Shown here piece by piece: positions 62,601-64,000 of a stretch of DNA of 64,000 nt. Below the pieces are notes generated by a model. That model saw only the letters and a list, made by a program, of their open reading frames with translations, was not told the origin of the DNA and searched no databases. Position 1 is the stretch's first letter; every line of letters starts with the position of its first letter. The stretch covers positions 879,740 to 943,739 of the forward strand of contig NW_018404676.1 in assembly GCF_002113885.1 (NCBI RefSeq). Reading direction: 5' to 3'. This DNA is from Mizuhopecten yessoensis (Eukaryota). The translations under genes and the position numbers were made by a program.

Positions 62601-63389
62601 TGTTTACTACTTGTTCAGTTTTGTTTGTTTATGTTTCATGTTAGTGGAATAGATTTCTTGTTTTGAATGTAACAGTGCTGAAAGTATTCCCGAGTCAAAC
62701 TACGTATCTTACCATGTAATTTTGGTATTTAATTTTATGTACTGTTTAGTGTTTATGATTTATCTCTCAATACTTATTAATCACATTTAAACGATATTCA
62801 TCTTGTGGTGTCCCTGTGCCGATCGAGAACAATTTCTGATGTACCTATAAAGAAACTGTTGGTGTGTGTATAACGTTTACCTGTAATCAATATATATATA
62901 TATATACATATGAACAGTCTGAATGTTAACTGTGTGTATACCTGTATATTACACCTGTGATTAAATCCACAATTTACCTACTCTGTGATTTAGGGGTGTG
63001 ACCGAAGTATACTTTCCCTCATCCATCATGGATCTGATTCATTGTCCGTAGGACCGCTTATACTCGTTCAAACAATTCTGTATGAATCGTTTTAGGTGGT
63101 GTTTTTTTTATCCCTTTAGCCTTATATAATACATTATAATACATTTCATTATATGGCATTAATTTATAGGTGTAAAGTTTAATGTATACCACACTATTAT
63201 TAGTATAGCTCAGAAAAATAGGATATACTTACAATATTAGAACTATTACCATATATCACAGATGCCAAAATAACATGTGTATGAGAGTAATAAGTACATA
63301 TATAAGATTATGCATTGCAGTATTGCTATAGTGTAAATACTACAGTTTCATTTATATACCGGACTAACATTGTTACAGTTCACAAAAGC

Positions 63390-63435
63390 AATAAATTGTA
63401 ATAAAACTATTAAACAAGTGTATTGTCTTTTCTTA
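63390..63435 (+). terminator. probable distal polyadenylation signal cluster
   Basis: AATAAA, AATAAA and ATTAAA within about 25 nt, followed by a GT/T-rich tract. Upstream AATAAA sites (e.g. about 59783, 60442, 60784) are possible alternatives. Confidence 0.45.
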
Positions 63436-63579
63436 CAGAAATATGGTTGTGTTTTAAGCTATTGTAAATTTATAATTCACCAGAATCTTATTACTTAACA
63501 TTATTATGTGATCTAGTATTTTGAAACACTATACATTTGATAATGTATCCCACTTTGTTTCAAATATTTCTGGGTCAGG

Positions 63580-64000
63580 TAAACACTGGCTGGGTACTGG
63601 GACAGGTGTGTGTAGATAACCTCCCCTAAAACACTGGCTGGGTACTGGGACAGGGGTGTGTAGATAACCTCCCCTAACACACTGGCTGGGTACTGGGACA
63701 GGTGTGTGTAGATAACCTCCCCTAACACACTGGCTGTGTACTGGGACAGGTGTATGTAGATAACCTCCCCTAAAACACTGGCTGTGAACTGGGACAGGTA
63801 TGTGTAGATAACCTCCCCTAAAACACTGGCTGTGTACTGGGACAGGTGTGTGTAGATAACCTCCCCTAATACACTGGCTGTGTACTGGGACAGGTATGTG
63901 TAGATAAACTCCCCTAACACTGGCTGGGTACTGGGACAGGTGTGTGTAGATAACCTCCCCTAAAACACTGGCTGGGTACTGGGACAGGTGTGTGTAGTTA
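63580..64000. repeat. 48-bp minisatellite, runs off the window end
   Basis: aacactggctgggtactgggacaggtgtgtgtagataacctcccctaa. Confidence 0.95.

Noticed and set aside
63513-63920. Minus-strand 135-aa repetitive ORF
   Set aside because: Artefact of the 48-bp minisatellite.
12133-64000. Regular arrays that might be called CRISPR
   Set aside because: Units are head-to-tail with no unique spacers, there are no cas genes, and the context is eukaryotic and intronic.

Overview
Eukaryotic, AT-rich animal genomic DNA. The repeat landscape suggests a bivalve mollusc, but that is inference. The window holds the 3' roughly three quarters of one + strand gene, beta-heavy spectrin (SPTBN5/karst/sma-1 type). 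I reconstructed by hand 59 phase-consistent GT-AG coding exons from 5735 to the stop at 59630-59632 (9357 nt, about 3118 aa). They encode about 23 spectrin repeats, a charged helical linker, a PH domain and a low-complexity tail carrying a KRRSVFGFLKKKK beta-spectrin-type motif. A probable long 3' UTR runs to about 63420. The introns are full of minisatellites, Helentron/HINE-like non-autonomous elements, MITEs and SINE fragments. Most notable observations: (1) tandem arrays built from the gene's own splice junctions, giving 13-14 serial donor copies or 5 serial acceptor copies; (2) a CAGGT/ACCTG core shared by most of the otherwise unrelated minisatellites; (3) two in-frame 12-nt microexon candidates and two cassette exon candidates in the longest introns; (4) a 32-nt exon that sets the reading frame of the C-terminus; (5) a piggyBac-like element with an ATAT target duplication nested in a Helentron-like element; (6) exon lengths and intron positions that preserve the ancient internal block duplication of the gene. 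No prokaryotic features or CRISPR arrays are present.
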